DNA of 64,000 nucleotides from Pecten maximus. Its lineage: Eukaryota. Positions 38,055 through 52,871 of this stretch are shown here, in pieces. Where the stretch lies: NCBI RefSeq assembly GCF_902652985.1, contig NW_022983034.1, positions 1-64,000 of the forward strand, given 5' to 3'. A program made the translations under genes and the position numbers. Each line of letters begins with the position of its first letter. Position 1 is the first letter of the stretch. A model generated the notes under the pieces. It made no database searches and was not told where the DNA came from. It was given only the letters and a program-made list of their open reading frames with translations.

Positions 38055-39844
38055 TTGGTGTAACTACACTGATTATCGAAATGTGTTCTGTGATTTCCAC
38101 GATGTCTGTTTCATGAGGAATTAAATTAATTAATGTCACTACATACTATTTCATATAAGTTACGGGAATTGTGTGTGCACTAGCATTAATCATTAAACCT
38201 TAACCGACTAACCATTGTTTGATAACCAAGGGGAAAAGGGAATGATTAACATTATGGGTGCGCGATAGGGTATCCCACCCAAGGACTCTCAGTGTTTGAT
38301 GTCCGGTTCAAGCTATGAGCACTAACACATACAGCCATTAGCGAGAACTACTCTCAAACGTCGATACTAAACTGCAGTCTTCTTATTGGTGTGAATAAAT
38401 GAAATGTATAAAAGTTACCCTATTCCAGTGCGTATATATTTACGATGTCGTGTAGGAGAGAATAGACTGACAACTGTTTATTTTCTACTAACATGTACTT
38501 AACTTATTGTTACTTAATTATTCCTCCGATTGTTAACCTGACGAACTATTTTTTCCTCACATGTACCGTGAAACGTAATTAAGTTTGACACGATATCTAT
38601 TTCTGTGTGTATTTCTATGACTTATCATTTCTCTGTATCAATATAGAAAATTTATTTTGTTTACGCGTTGATAATGGGTGAAGTAGTTGCCCCATTTTGT
38701 AAATACTGAGCGCAAATGTATACTTGTTACAGGAAAGTGAGAGAACAATACATCTGATAATTTAAATAGGTCATTTAGAAGAACAATTAAGATCTTATAT
38801 TCACAGATAATAAAACAGAGGTTCTATATGTCCGTGCGTCATAATAACCCATCTCAGGTTGGGTTGGAATAACACGGATACGTTTTGAAAAGCTGATTTC
38901 AACAAAAATCAGTTCTCAGTATAGCTAATTTTTATTATTTACTGGAAGGTTTGTTCGGAATGATATTCCGTAAGTGAAGGGTGGGTTGAGATTTCAAATT
39001 CGTAATCTGTATACACATTTTTGTTTAAGTTACCGTCACAGGTACACTTTAAGCAATTGAAATAATTAGTTAATATAAGATTGTGAATTGTCTATACACG
39101 TTACATGTACTTGTCAGTGCTGTGTTGTAATGTGGAAAGTACCTTGTCTAATTTAGTAACGCAGTGTCATGTACGTGTAGTCCATACTGTGTATGTCCAT
39201 ATTTGGTGGTGTTTACGACTTATATGTAAATTAGGGTATGAAAGTGTAAGAAATCGTGCAAGAGTGAGAGCGAGAATAGTAAAACCCGTGGGTTATGGTA
39301 GAACGCCGCAGTAGCCATTCATAGGTCGGTAGGACATATCCTCTGGGGTCCGGTGACCAATTATGTAACAGACATGTGTACAGACTTACCGTTTTACCAG
39401 ACATAACAGTCTTGGAAGGTATGTTATCCTGACAAATATAATAGAATGACTAATAATTATAACTTTATTTAATAGATAGAATCATTACAGTCAGTTAATA
39501 TGTTGTCGAGTACATGTAGGCTACGTATGTATATCATACAGGCTATTTTGTGTTTCAGAGGGTTTTCCTTTTGTATCAAGTTATGTCCTAATCTCCGGTA
39601 GTAAAATATAGAAAGAACCAGCAGGAGTGTGTTCGTTTTCCTTCCTGTGACATACTTTTAGAGCAATGTAGACCATGTTGGACAATATTCTCGCTTTTGA
39701 GAGTTTTATCACAGGCGATACAAAAACAGTGCATTTGATACACACTATAAAGAGGTATGTCGACCTGTCATGTTGAAGAGTGACTTGACCATACTCGAAT
39801 GTAACCTTACAATGGTGTGTCAAATGATTCATAAAACAACATTT

Positions 39845-40018
39845 TCTGCAGTAACATTCTGTCCTGACGTAATTGTCCAAATAAACTGTGCAAAATATGT
39901 GAAAGCACGAGTCGCAGGGAACTACAAATCTCAAGGCAAAGAAAACAATTGAAGGATGGACCTTTAGAACAAGTTCATGTTTCCGCAATAACCCTTTTGT
40001 GTCTAAAATGAAAAACGA
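39845..40018 (-). pseudogene. RING remnant of the antisense TRIM paralog (unit 5)
   Basis: Near-identical to 6575-6750. Confidence 0.72.
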
Positions 40019-43000
40019 ACATCCAGATACTTCTATTTCAATATTCCTTCAGTCGGGTTATTATAATTATATGACCTTTCTTTGTTGGTGATTATATTTC
40101 AATCATAGGTTATTAGGACATCAATTTGCATTTACAGATGTGATACACTGTAATCTTTATGTTTACTCTAATAAAGTAAAGTCAATGGGATCGATTTGAC
40201 TTGGAATTTTTAACATACTATTGAGTTGAATTAAACTGGGACAGGATGCGTGATAATTACAACAAAATTAGTCATCTATATCATGGATAGAAGTCATACA
40301 CACACAATAATGAAACAAATAGGGTTATTGATATATAGATTGTTGAAGCTAACAATGAAAAACGTTAATGGTACAATTGATGCTCAATTTAGGTTAGAAA
40401 AAAAGCTTTTCAAATATTATTTTATTAACCAGCTTGAAAAAAGTTTATCTCCTGTTCAAGATGAGCGATTTTTGTTAATGTCTGAGCAGTATTTCGGTGT
40501 TCAATAAGTATGATTATGATTGCTCTGTTAAATCCACACAGAAAGTTTTTAAAATAAAAAGGACATTTAAGGAAAGTTATCTCTTCTAAATATATCAGGT
40601 TTAAAACTCATTCTACTATTAAGCTGATGGTTATAGAAAAGGAATCGCCACAAACTTACACCGTTGTAGACGGATTGCTGTAAAGTTTGTATAATATGTG
40701 TAAAATGTGTAGTATTTGAGGCGAGTACGGTGTGTGTGTATATATGCACATGTATATTGGTCTCGGGTAGATAAACTAGTGCATATGAGGTAGCTTTAAA
40801 TAGAAATGACCTGTTAGCAGGGTATTGTTCTCACTGATACAATAACTGTGGACGCATCACACCATATTTCATGTACAGTGAATGGGTTTGATTTGATTGT
40901 ATTTACTGTCGGTCATCACACGAGTGTAGAGCACTAAATATTTACCTGAAATAGTCATTGAATTTTAAGGTGTTGTGTTACATATGATGTATAATAAAGT
41001 AAAATACAATATACAATATGTGATTTGTTTAGAAACGGTAATTGTATATTAACATATACATCACATGTGATTTGTGATTGTCGTTCTGTGATTGGTAAAA
41101 ATATTCAAGATAACTAAAGCACTCTAATGTTAATGGGCCAACAAATGATGAGCAAAATTAAAACTAACAAACGAAACATGTAAAAAGGTAAATACATATT
41201 GGTACACTCACGTCGAAATGAAAAGTGCATATGCTTACCCAAATCTTGTGATGAAGACAAACAGCTCTCAGATATTTCTAACTTGTGTACATGTATATGC
41301 TAACAATTTTGAAAATAACCTTCAATTTAGACTTGCTTTGTTGTAAACACTCTCTCGTGTAAGTTGTAAATCAATGTAATCCAATAAAAATGTTTAACGG
41401 GAAATGGTTCATTGCATGATGATCATACAACTACAATATAAAGTATTGTTGGTGTATGGTATTATATTTTTTCATATGATACGGAACCTGTTAATTTCCA
41501 CCGCAGCCTCCAAAAACATACACACTACAGCATTTACACGCATGTATCTCGCACACAGGAGAAGCCGTACTGAAATTACATTATCTGTTCAAAGCAAACC
41601 ATATTGGATCATACCATATAAATCACACAAGTATATACTGATTTTAAATATTCATAACTAATAGTAACTTTATATAGGATTTAGATTTTGTTTTCACATC
41701 AGGTTTCTATTAATATTTCAGAGGAGACTTCAGAGGTCATTGAAACGTGATCTAATTTATATGTTTAGGAATTTCAAAGACTCAAATACATGAAATAGCG
41801 ACACTTCTGGAAAAACTTTTGTCATGACTTGCAGTATCATACATAATCATACTTTAGTTGACAGAATTTGTTAAAATCATATTTTTTATATGAACATATC
41901 AACCTAGTTGTCTCCCTTAACATGGAAACGAGCCAAACAATGTCCGTGTGTTGTAGAATCTATACAGATGTAAAAACCAGGAAGAACGTTATCTTATTTC
42001 ACGAGTTCGGAGGCTAAAATGTGTAAGTGTATCCATATATTGACCTATATACAACATTTTAGATGTTGGATGTCTATTTTTTTCAACATTTAGTTGTACA
42101 TTTTGTAAGAATACGTATTATGTGTAGTCTACAGCAATATAAACAGAAAATACATTCAGTTTTCACGAGGGACTAAATCGTATTTACACACTGTAAAATG
42201 CATTGTGTTTAACATGGTGTTTTAGATAAGATTATCTTTTCTTTTGTAATGTACATGTAGGTGTACCGTTGCAAATGATATAGTCTGTGTATTTGAACAG
42301 GTTTTCTTCCGGAAGTGGATACCACACAAGGTCAATCTGCTATTCGTAAGGATGAATCATTATAACAATGATTTAAGGAAAGATTGTGAGAGGAAAGGTA
42401 AGGAAGTGTCAAATAATTATTACAAATTAAATGAGTAAATATTTCAATGTCATTTTTTAAAACTTACAATCCCACTATAGGCATATGGAAATCGAAAGTA
42501 GATTATTTTTGTTATTGTTGATGTTCAACAACGAATAGTGGCTGGATATTATATATTCACCTAAGTTTAAGATAATTATGCCGACTTTTACCACGGACTA
42601 AGCAATGTGTATGTTAATTTTTTACACATTTACACAATAACATGTCAATATTTTTCAGATGCTTTACCAAAACATGTCCCAGCAGATATTAGTCATTTCC
42701 GACCCCAATATAACTAATTTTCTTCCGAAGCAATAATGAACCCATCTTCGATTAAATATAATGGCAACAGCTTATGTTCTCTAAAGAATCTGGAAGGAAT
42801 TCTACAGAAGTTGTTATAGAGTACATGTACTAACTGTCAGCAGATATTTTTCTTTTAAAAAATCCAAAAGGTGTAATTATTTGACTTGTCAATGTTCTAC
42901 CTTCAAGTAATTTGTCTATATTTAGTAATATCGCTACTTAAAGCAACAGTTCTATGGTCTATGATCAACCTTAATGGTACAGTGTACATTGTATAAGATT

Positions 43001-43088
43001 ATACTTAGAATTAATCAGTGGCACTGATCAAAGACTAGTGAAATGATTTAAGTTTTGTTTTTAACTTGCAGATAAACAAGCAATAGGC

Positions 43089-45125
43089 ATGGCAGAGGCT
43101 CATGTAGACAATCGATCTTTCAAATGTCTGATATGTCTCCAGGAATGTAACACACCCCGACAGCTACCATGTTTTCACACGTTTTGCACGGGTTGTTTAA
43201 ACACCTATATTAATTCTGAATACGTCACAGAATATAACAGGACGTACTTCCCCTGTCCGGTATGCGAAAGTCCGTGCTACCCTCACGACAAGGATGCTCC
43301 CGTTAGTTCTTGGGCCGGTTCGTTTCCTCGAAATCAGCTATTTGCTTCCTCAACGTTCAAAGAGACAGAATCAGGTCAGACATTCTGCCACGGATGTCTA
43401 ACTGACGACGAAGAGAACGTTGCTTCCTTCTGGTGTAAAGCATGCTCGGAAGCCTTGTGTCAGCCATGTCGCGTTGCACACCGACGAAGCAAATTACTTT
43501 CAACGCACAAAGTCATTGCCATAGACGAGGTTTCTAAGACGGATATACGCATGCCTGTATTCATTGACAACACGTGTCCTCATCATACGGGAAAGACGAT
43601 CGAAGTATACTGCCACGACCACAACGCCTTATGCTGTGTTCTGTGCGTGACACTGTCACATAGAAGGTGTACGAATGTTAGTAGCCTTGGAGATACTACA
43701 AAGATGTTCTCACTTGATGTCATCGAATGTGAGTTAGAAAAGATGAAGGACGAGTCAAAAACGATTGTCGAAGAGGACGAAAACAAACTGACCACTCTCG
43801 AAGACGATTACCAGAAAATGACCAGCAATGTGGCCACGATGATCAAGAAAGCGAAAGATAAGCTGGATGATCTTCACAAACGTTTTCAAACCGGGTTAGA
43901 CGTAACATACCGACGTCATCGAGAAAGTCTACATGAACGCTTACGCACCAATAGGATATTTCAAGCAAACATTAAAAACACCAACCAACTGATGAGGGTG
44001 GTAAAAGGGAAAAGTCCTGACGTTGATGCATTTATTGTAACGGAACAATCCAAGACACAACTCCTAAGTCACGTGCGGCGTTTACAGCAGAGGACTGGAG
44101 ACAAGCACAATACTTTTGAATTGAAGATGAGATATGACGACGTATTAGAGAAGGTCATCAACGTGATGACAACTGTGGGAAGATTAGAAGTCTCCTCTTC
44201 ATTGTCATCGTCATCACAAGACTCCCTCACATCTATCAGACAAACCATTGACAAACTCCAGGCCACATCGTCCGTGACATCGTTTTCCGAATCAACGTCC
44301 TCCTCGGACATGCTGTCGTCAATAGCGCCTCGCATTGACGTGTGGACTGGGTCTTTATCTCTGGTCAAGTCTGTACATAAAGGTTCCATCGGTGGGTCAG
44401 TGACTCCATGTCTGACAGGAGGGATATTTATTGAAGGAGAATGTCTACTCGCTACAGACTACACAAACAAAAAACTTTTACTGTTTGATGATAGCTATGA
44501 GTATGTCAGGCATTATGATGTGGATAACAGTCCTATTGATATCACATGTAGATTTGAACCGAATCAGTTACTAATGACCCAGCCAAATGGGTCAGTCATT
44601 AAGTATACATTTCGGGATGGTGTCCTAACCACTGTCGACAGGATACGTAGTACTCAACAATGTTGGGGTATAGATATTCTGGGAGATAACATACTGCTCG
44701 GGACTGAAAGTTCTGTCGAGATTTTAACATCTGACTTTAAACAGGTAGCAGCCTCTATACCTAAACGCGGTTACAATACTTCCGTCGCCGCATCACCAAA
44801 TGGACTCTTTTACCACGGAGATGAAGACGTCATCGTATGTCGGTCACATGATGGGAAGGAAGTGTTCCGGCATATGTGTAAAGGTATCAAAGAGCTACGA
44901 GGAATTGTTGTTGACCAGGATGGTAATGTATACGTATGTGGAATGGAGTCGGGAGACATACACCTGATATCACATGACGGCTCAAAGGATCGAATCCTTC
45001 TCCCAAGAATGTCTGGAATCGCTCGACCGTACGCCATACTTCACCATCCAAGAAGACAGGAGATCATTGTGACATCATGGCAGGAAAACGTGGTGTTTGA
45101 AGTGTACAAGTTTTGTGATCAGTGA
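43089..45125 (+). CDS. TRIM-NHL-type E3 ligase, copy 6 (678 aa, 10-aa linker deletion)
   Basis: Nearly identical to copy 1, with an in-frame 30-nt deletion removing RDVGHVAVPS near 44315. Confidence 0.94.
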   Translation: MAEAHVDNRSFKCLICLQECNTPRQLPCFHTFCTGCLNTYINSEYVTEYNRTYFPCPVCESPCYPHDKDAPVSSWAGSFPRNQLFASSTFKETESGQTFCHGCLTDDEENVASFWCKACSEALCQPCRVAHRRSKLLSTHKVIAIDEVSKTDIRMPVFIDNTCPHHTGKTIEVYCHDHNALCCVLCVTLSHRRCTNVSSLGDTTKMFSLDVIECELEKMKDESKTIVEEDENKLTTLEDDYQKMTSNVATMIKKAKDKLDDLHKRFQTGLDVTYRRHRESLHERLRTNRIFQANIKNTNQLMRVVKGKSPDVDAFIVTEQSKTQLLSHVRRLQQRTGDKHNTFELKMRYDDVLEKVINVMTTVGRLEVSSSLSSSSQDSLTSIRQTIDKLQATSSVTSFSESTSSSDMLSSIAPRIDVWTGSLSLVKSVHKGSIGGSVTPCLTGGIFIEGECLLATDYTNKKLLLFDDSYEYVRHYDVDNSPIDITCRFEPNQLLMTQPNGSVIKYTFRDGVLTTVDRIRSTQQCWGIDILGDNILLGTESSVEILTSDFKQVAASIPKRGYNTSVAASPNGLFYHGDEDVIVCRSHDGKEVFRHMCKGIKELRGIVVDQDGNVYVCGMESGDIHLISHDGSKDRILLPRMSGIARPYAILHHPRRQEIIVTSWQENVVFEVYKFCDQ

Positions 45126-46924
45126 TTGGTGTAACTACACTGACTATCGAAATGTTTTCTGTGATTTCCACGATGTCTGTTTCATGAGGAATCAAATAAA
45201 TTAATGTCACTACATACTATTTCATATAAGTTTCGGGAATTGTTTTGTGCACTAGCATTAATCAATAAACATTAACCGACTAACCAGTGTTTGATAACCA
45301 AGGGAAAAATGGAATGATTAACATTATGGGTGCGCGATAGGGTATCCCACCCAAGGACTCTCAGTGTTTGATGTCCGGGCAAGTTATGGGCACTAACACG
45401 TACAGCCATTAGCGAGAACTACTTTCAAACGTCGATACTAAGCTGCAGTTTTCTTATTGATGTGAATATAAATCAAATGTATAAATGTTATCCTATTCCA
45501 GTGCGTATATATTTACGATGTCGTGTAGGAGAGAATAGACAGACAACTGTTTATTTTCTACTAACATGTACTTAACTTATTTGTTACTTAATTATTCCTC
45601 CGAATGTTAACCTGACGAACTATTTTTTCCTCACATGTACCGTGAAACGTAATTAAGTTTGACACGATATCTATTTCAGTGTGTATTTCTATGACTTATC
45701 ATTTCTCTTTATCAACATAGAAAAATTTCTTTTGTTTACGCATTGATAATGGGTGCAGTAGTTGCCCCATTTCGTAAATACTTAGCGCAAATGTATACTT
45801 GTTACAGGAAAGCGAGAGAACAATACATCTGATAATTTAAATAGGTCATTTAGAAGAACAATTAAGATCTTATATTCACAGATAATAAAACAGAGGTTCT
45901 ATATGTCCGTGCGTCATAATAACCCATCTCGGGTTGGGTTGGAATAACACGGATACGTTTTGAAAAGCTGATTTCAACAAAAATCAGTTCTCAGTATAGC
46001 TAATTTTTATTATTTACTGGAAGGTTAGTTCGGAATGATATTCCGTAAGTGAAGGGTGGGTTGAGATTTCAAATTCGTAATCGGTATACACATTTTTGTT
46101 TAACTTACCGTCACAGGTACAATTTAATTTAATTGAAATAATTAGTTAATATAAGATTGTGAATTGTCTATACACGTTACATGTATTTGTCAGTGCTGTG
46201 TTGTAATGTGGAAGTACCTTGTCCAATTTCGTAACATAGTGTCATGTACGTGTAGTCCATACTGTGTATGTCCATATTTGGTGGTGTTTACGACTTATAT
46301 GTAAATTAGGGTATGAAAGTGTAAGAAATCGTGTAAGAGTGAGAGTGAGAATAGTAAAACCCGTGGGTCAGGGTAGAACGCCGCAGTAGCCGTTCATAGG
46401 TCGGTAGGACATATCCTCTGGGGTCCGGTGACCAATTATGTAACAGACATGTGTACAGACTTGCCGTTTTACCAGACATAACAGTCTTGGAAGGTATGTT
46501 ATCCTGACAAATAAAATAGAATGACTAATAATTATAACTTTATTTAATAGATAGAATTATTACAGTCAGTTAATATTGTGTCGAGTACATGTAGGCTACG
46601 TATGTATATCATACTTATACAGGCTATTTTGTGTTTCAGGGGTTTTTCCTTTTGTATCAAGTTATGTCCTAATCTCCAGTAGTAAAATATAGAAAGAACC
46701 AGCAGGAGTGTGTTCGTTTTCCTTCCTGTGACATACTTTTAGAGCAATGTAGACCATGTGGACAATATTCTCGCTTTTGAGAGTTTTTATCACAGGCGAT
46801 ACAAAAGCCGTGCATTTGATACACAATTTAAAGAGGTATGTGGACCTGTCGTGTTGAAGAGTGATTTGACCATAATCGCGTGTAACTTCACAATGGTGTG
46901 TCAAATGATTCAGAAAACAACATT

Positions 46925-47100
46925 TTCTGCAATAACATTCTGTCCTGACGTAATTGTCCAAATAAGCAGTGCAAAGTATGTAAAACACGATCACAGTCGC
47001 AGGGAACTTCAAACCTAAGGCAAAGTAAGCAATTGAAGGATGGTACTTTAGAACACGTTCATGTTTCCGCCATAACCTTTCCGTGCCTAAAACGAAAAAC
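46925..47100 (-). pseudogene. RING remnant of the antisense TRIM paralog (unit 6)
   Basis: Minus-strand ATG at 47073 reads MAET*TCSKVPSFNCLLCL, with an acceptor 13 nt upstream. Confidence 0.75.
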
Positions 47101-50100
47101 GAACATCCAGATACTTCTATTTCAATATTCCTTCAGTCGGGATATTATAATTATATTACCTTTCTTTGTTGGTGATTAGATTTCAATCATAGATTATTAG
47201 GACACCAATTTGCATGTACAGATGTGTTTTACATTATCGATTGTCGGAGGTGACAGAAGTCAATGGGATCGGTTTGAATTAGCATTTTTAACATCCTATT
47301 GAGTCGATTTAAACTGGGAACAAGATGCATGAAAATTACAACAAAATGAGTCATCTATATCATTGATAGAAGTCAAACACACAAAAGAAATATGACAAAT
47401 GTTGAAGTTAACAATGAAAAACGTTAATGGTACAATTGATGCTCAATTTAGGTTAGAAAAGAAACTTTTCAAATAGAATTTTATTAACCAGCTTGGGAAA
47501 AGTGTATCTCCTGTTCAAGATGAGCGATTTTTGTTAATGTCTGAGCAGTATTTCGGTGTTCAATAAGTCTGATTATGATTGCTCTGTTAAATCCACACAG
47601 AAAGTTTTTAAGATAAAAAGGACATTTAAGAAAAAGTTATCTCTTATAAATATATCAGGTTTAAAACTCATTCTACCATTTAGCTGATGGTTATAGAAAA
47701 GGAATCGCCACAAACTTACACCGTTATAGACGGATTGCGGTACAGTTTTGATGTGTAAAATGTGTAGTATTTGTGGCGAGTACGGTGTGTGTGTATATAT
47801 GCACATGTATAGGTAGTCTCGGGTGGATAAACTAGTGCATATAAGGTTGCTTTAAATAGAAATGACCTGTTAGCAGGGAATTGTTCTCATTGATACAATA
47901 ACTGTGGACGCATCACATAATATTTCATGTACAGTGAATGGGTTTCATTTGATTGTATTTACTGTCGGTCTTCACACGAGTGTAGAGCACTAAATATTTA
48001 CCTGAAATAGTTATTGATTTTTTAAGGTGTTGTGTTCCATATGATGTATAATAAAGTAAAATACAATATACAATATGTGATTTGTTTGGAAACGGTAATT
48101 GTATATTAACATATACATCACATGTGATTTGTGATTGTCGTTCTGTGATTGGTTAAAATATTCAAGATAACTATACCACTTTAAGGTTAAATGGGCCAAC
48201 AAATGATTAGCAAAATTAAAACTAACAAACAGAAATGTAAAAATGTTAATATATATTGGTACACCCACGTTAAAATGAAAAAGTGCATATGCTTACCCAA
48301 ATCTTGTGATGAAGACAAACAGCTCTCAGATATTTCAAACTTGTGTACATGTATATGCTAACAATTTTGAAAAGAACCTTAAATATAGACTTAAACACTC
48401 TTTCTTGTAAGTTGTAGATCAATGTAATCCAATAAAAATGTTTAACGGGAAATGGTTCATTGCATGATGATTGTACAACTACAATATAAAGTATTGTTGG
48501 TGTATGGATATTATATTTTTTCAGATGATACGGAACCTGTTAATTTCCTCCGCAGCCTCCAAAAGCATACACACTACAGCATTTACACGCATGTATCTCG
48601 CACACAGGAGAAGCCGTACTGAAATGACATTATCTGTTCAAAGCAAACCATATTGGATCATACCATCAAAAATCACACAAGTATATACTGATTTTAAATA
48701 TTCATAACTAATAGTAACTTTATATAGGATTTAGATTTTGTTTTCACATCAGGTTTCTATTAATATTTCAGAGGAGACTTCAGAGGTCATTGAAACGTGA
48801 TCTAATTTATATGTTTAGGAATTTCAAAGACACAAATACATGAAATGGCGACACTTCTCGAAAACACTTTTGACATGACTTGCAGTATCATAAATAATCC
48901 TACTTTAGTTGACAGCATTTGTTAAAATCATATTTTTATATGAACATATCAACCTAGTTGTCTCCCTTAACATGGAAACGAGCCAAACAATGTCCGTGTG
49001 TTGTATACAGATGTAAAAACCAGGAAGAAGGTTATCTTATTTCACGAGTTCGGAGGCTAAAATGTGTAAGTGTATCCATATATTGACCTATATACAACAT
49101 TTTAGATGTTGGATGTCTATTTTTTTCAACATTTAGTTGTACATTTTGTAAGAATACGTATTATGTGTAGTCAACAGCAATATAAACAGAAAGTACATTC
49201 AGTTTTCACTAGGGACTAAATCGTATTTACACACTGTAAAATGTATTGTGTTTAACATGGCGTTTTAGATAAGATTATCTTTTCTATTGTGATGTACATG
49301 TAGGTGTACCGTTGCAAATGATATAGTCTGTGTATTTGAACAGATTTTCTTCCGGAAGTGGATACCACGCAAGGTCAATCTGCTATTCGTAAGGATGAAT
49401 CATTATAACAATGATTTAAGGAAAGATTGAGAGAGGAAAGGTAAGGAAGTGTCAAATAATTATTACAAATTAAATGAGTAAATCTTTCAATGTCATTTTT
49501 TCAAAACTTACAATCCTACTATAGGCATATGGAAATCGAAAGTAGATTATTTTTGTTATTGTTGATGTTCAACAACGAATAGTGGCTCGATATTATATAT
49601 TCACCTAAGTTTAAGCTAATTATGCCGACTTTTACCACGGACTAAGCAATGTGTATGTTAATTTTTTACACATTTACACAATAACATGTCAATATTTTTC
49701 AGATACTTTACCAAAACATGTCCCAGCAGATATTAGTCATTTCCGACCCCAATATAACTAATTTTCTTCCGAAGCAATAATGAACCCATCTTCGATTAAA
49801 TATAATGGCAACAGCTTATGTTCTCTAAAGAAACTGGAAGGAATTCTACAGAAGTTGATATAGAGTACATGTTCTAACAGTCAGCAGATATTTTTATTTT
49901 AGAAAAATCCAAAAGGTGTAATTATTTGACTTCTCAATGTTCTATCTTCAAGTAATTTGTCTATATTTAGTAATATCGCTACTTAAAGCAACAGTTCTGT
50001 GGTCTATGATCAACCTTAATGGTACAGTGTACATTGTATAAGATTATACTCAGACTTAATCAGTGGCACTGATCAAAGACTTGTGAAATGATTTAAGTTT

Positions 50101-50133
50101 TGTTTTTAACTTGCAGATAAACAAGCAATAGGC

Positions 50134-52201
50134 ATGGCGGAGGCTCTTATAGACAATCAAACCTTCAAATGTCTGATATGTCTCCAGGAATGTAACACAC
50201 CCCGACAGCTACCATGTTTTCACACGTTTTGCACGGGTTGTTTGGACACCTATATCAATTCTGAATACGTCACAGAAGATAACAGGACGTACTTCCCCTG
50301 TCCGGTATACGAAAGTCCGTGCTACCCTCAAAACAAGGATGCTCCCGTTAGTTCTTGGGCCGGTTCGTTTCCTCGGAATCAGCTATTTGCTTCCTCAACG
50401 TTCAAAGAGACAGAATCAGGTCAGACATTCTGCCACGGATGTCTAACTGACGACGAAGAGAACGTTGCTTCCTTCTGGTGTAAAGCATGCTCGGAAGCCT
50501 TGTGTCAGCCATGTCGCATTGCACACCGACGAAGCAAATTACTTTCAACACACAAAGTCATTGCCATAGACGAGGTTTCTAAGACAGATATACGCATGCC
50601 TGTATTCCATTGTCAACACGTGTCCTCGTCATACAGGGAAGACGATCGAAGTATACTGCCACGACCACAACGTCTTATGCTGTGTTCTGTGCGTGACACT
50701 GTCACATAGAAGGTGTACGAATGTCAGCAGCCTTGAAGATACTACAAAGATGTTCTCACTTGATGTCATCGAATGTGAGTTAGGCAAGATGAAGGACGAG
50801 TCAAAAACGATTGTTGAAGAGGACGAAAACAAACTGACCGCTCTCGAAGACGATTACCAGAAAATGACCAGTAATGTGGCCATGATGATCAAGAAAGCGA
50901 AAGATAAGCTGGATCATCTCCACCAACGTTTTCAAACCGGGTTAGATGTAACATACCGACGTCATCGAGAAAGTCTACATGAACGCTTACGCACCAATAG
51001 GATATTTCAAGCAAACATTGAAAACACCAACCAACTGATGAGGGTGGCGAAAGAAAAAAATCCTGACGTTGACACATTTATTGTAACGGAACAATCCAAG
51101 ACACAACTTCTGAGACACGTGCGGCGTTTACAGCAGATGACTGGAGAAAAACACAACACATTTGAATTGAAGATGGGGTATGACGACGTATTAGAGAAGG
51201 TCATCAACGTGATGACAACTGTGGGAAGATTAGAAGTCTCATCTTCATTGTCATCGTCATCACATGACTCCCTCACATCTATCAGACAAATCATTGACAC
51301 ACTTCAGGCAACATCGTCCGTGACATCGTTTTCCGAATCAACGTCCTCCTCGGACATGCTGAGTGATGTAGGACACGTGGCCGTTCCATCTTCATCAGTA
51401 GCGCCTCGTATTGACGTGTGGACTGGGTCTTTATCTCTGGTCAAGTCTGTACATAAAGGTTCCATCGGTGGGTCAATGACTCCATGGCTGACAGGAGGGG
51501 TATTTATTGAAGGAGAGGGTCTACTCGTTATAAACTTCCAAAACAAACAACTTTTACTGTTTGATTATAGCTATGAGTATATCAGGCATTATGATGTGGA
51601 TAACAGTCCTATTGATATCACACGTGGATTTAAACCGAATGAGTTACTAATGACCCAGATGGGTAGGTCAGTCATTAGGTGTACATTTGGGGATGGTGTC
51701 CTAACCACTGTCGACAGGATACGTAGTACTCAACAATGTTGGGGTATAGATATTCTGGGAGATAAGATACTGCTCGGGACTGAAGGTTCTGTCGGGATTT
51801 TAACATCTGACTTGAAACAGGTAGCAGCCTCTATACCTAAACGCGGTCACAATACTTCCGTCGCCGCATCACCAAATGGACTCTTTTACCACAGAGATGA
51901 AGACGTCATTGTTTGTCCGTCACTTGATGGGAAGGAAGTGTTCCGGCATATGTGTAAAGGTATCAAAGAGCCAAGAGGAATTGTTGTTGACCAGGATGGT
52001 AATGTATACGTGTGTGGAATGGAGTCGGGAGACATACACCTGATATCACATGACGGCTCCAAGGATCGAATCCTTCTCCCAAGAATGTCTGGAATCACTC
52101 GACCGTACGCCATACTTCACCATCCAACAAGACAGGAGCTCATTGTGACGTCAAGGCAGGAAAACGTGATTTTTGAAGTGTACAAGTTTTGTGATCAGTG
52201 A
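50134..52201 (+). pseudogene. TRIM-NHL copy 7, one +1 frameshift and a RING Cys-to-Tyr change
   Basis: ORFs 50134-50709 and 50693-52201 overlap around a +1 at about 50606 (gtattccatt). The last RING pair reads CPVY instead of CPVC. Confidence 0.75.
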
Positions 52202-52871
52202 TTGGTGTAACTACACTGACTATCGAAATGTTTTCTGTGATTTCCACGATGTCTGTTTCATGAGGAATCAAATAAATTAATGTCACTACATACTATTTTA
52301 TATAAGTTTCGGTAATTGTTTTGTGCACTAGCATTAATCATTAAACCTTAACCGACTAACCAGTGTGTGATAACAAAGGGAAAAAGGGAAAGATTAACAT
52401 TATGGGTGCGCGATAGGGTATCCCACCCAAGGACTCTCAGTGTTTGATGTCCGGTCCATCTATGAGCACTAACACGTACAGCCATTAGCGAGAACTACTT
52501 TCAAACGTCGATACTTAACTGCAGTCTTCTTATTGATGTGAATAAATGAAATGTATAAATGTTATCCTATCCCAGTGAGTATAGATATACGATGTCGTGT
52601 AGGAGAGATTAGACAGACAACTGTTATTTTCTAACATCTACTTATCTGATATGTTTCTTATCAAATTATTCCTCCGATTGCGATTGTTAACCTGACGAAA
52701 TCATTGTTACGTCACATGTAATGGGAAACGTAATAAAAGTTTTACAGGATATCACTTTCTGTGTGTACTTCTAAAACTTATTGTTTATTATTTATCTGTA
52801 TCAACATAGAAAACGTCTTACTCCAGAGAAGTGAAAATTAACCCGTAAATATACCCTCGATTTTAAACATA

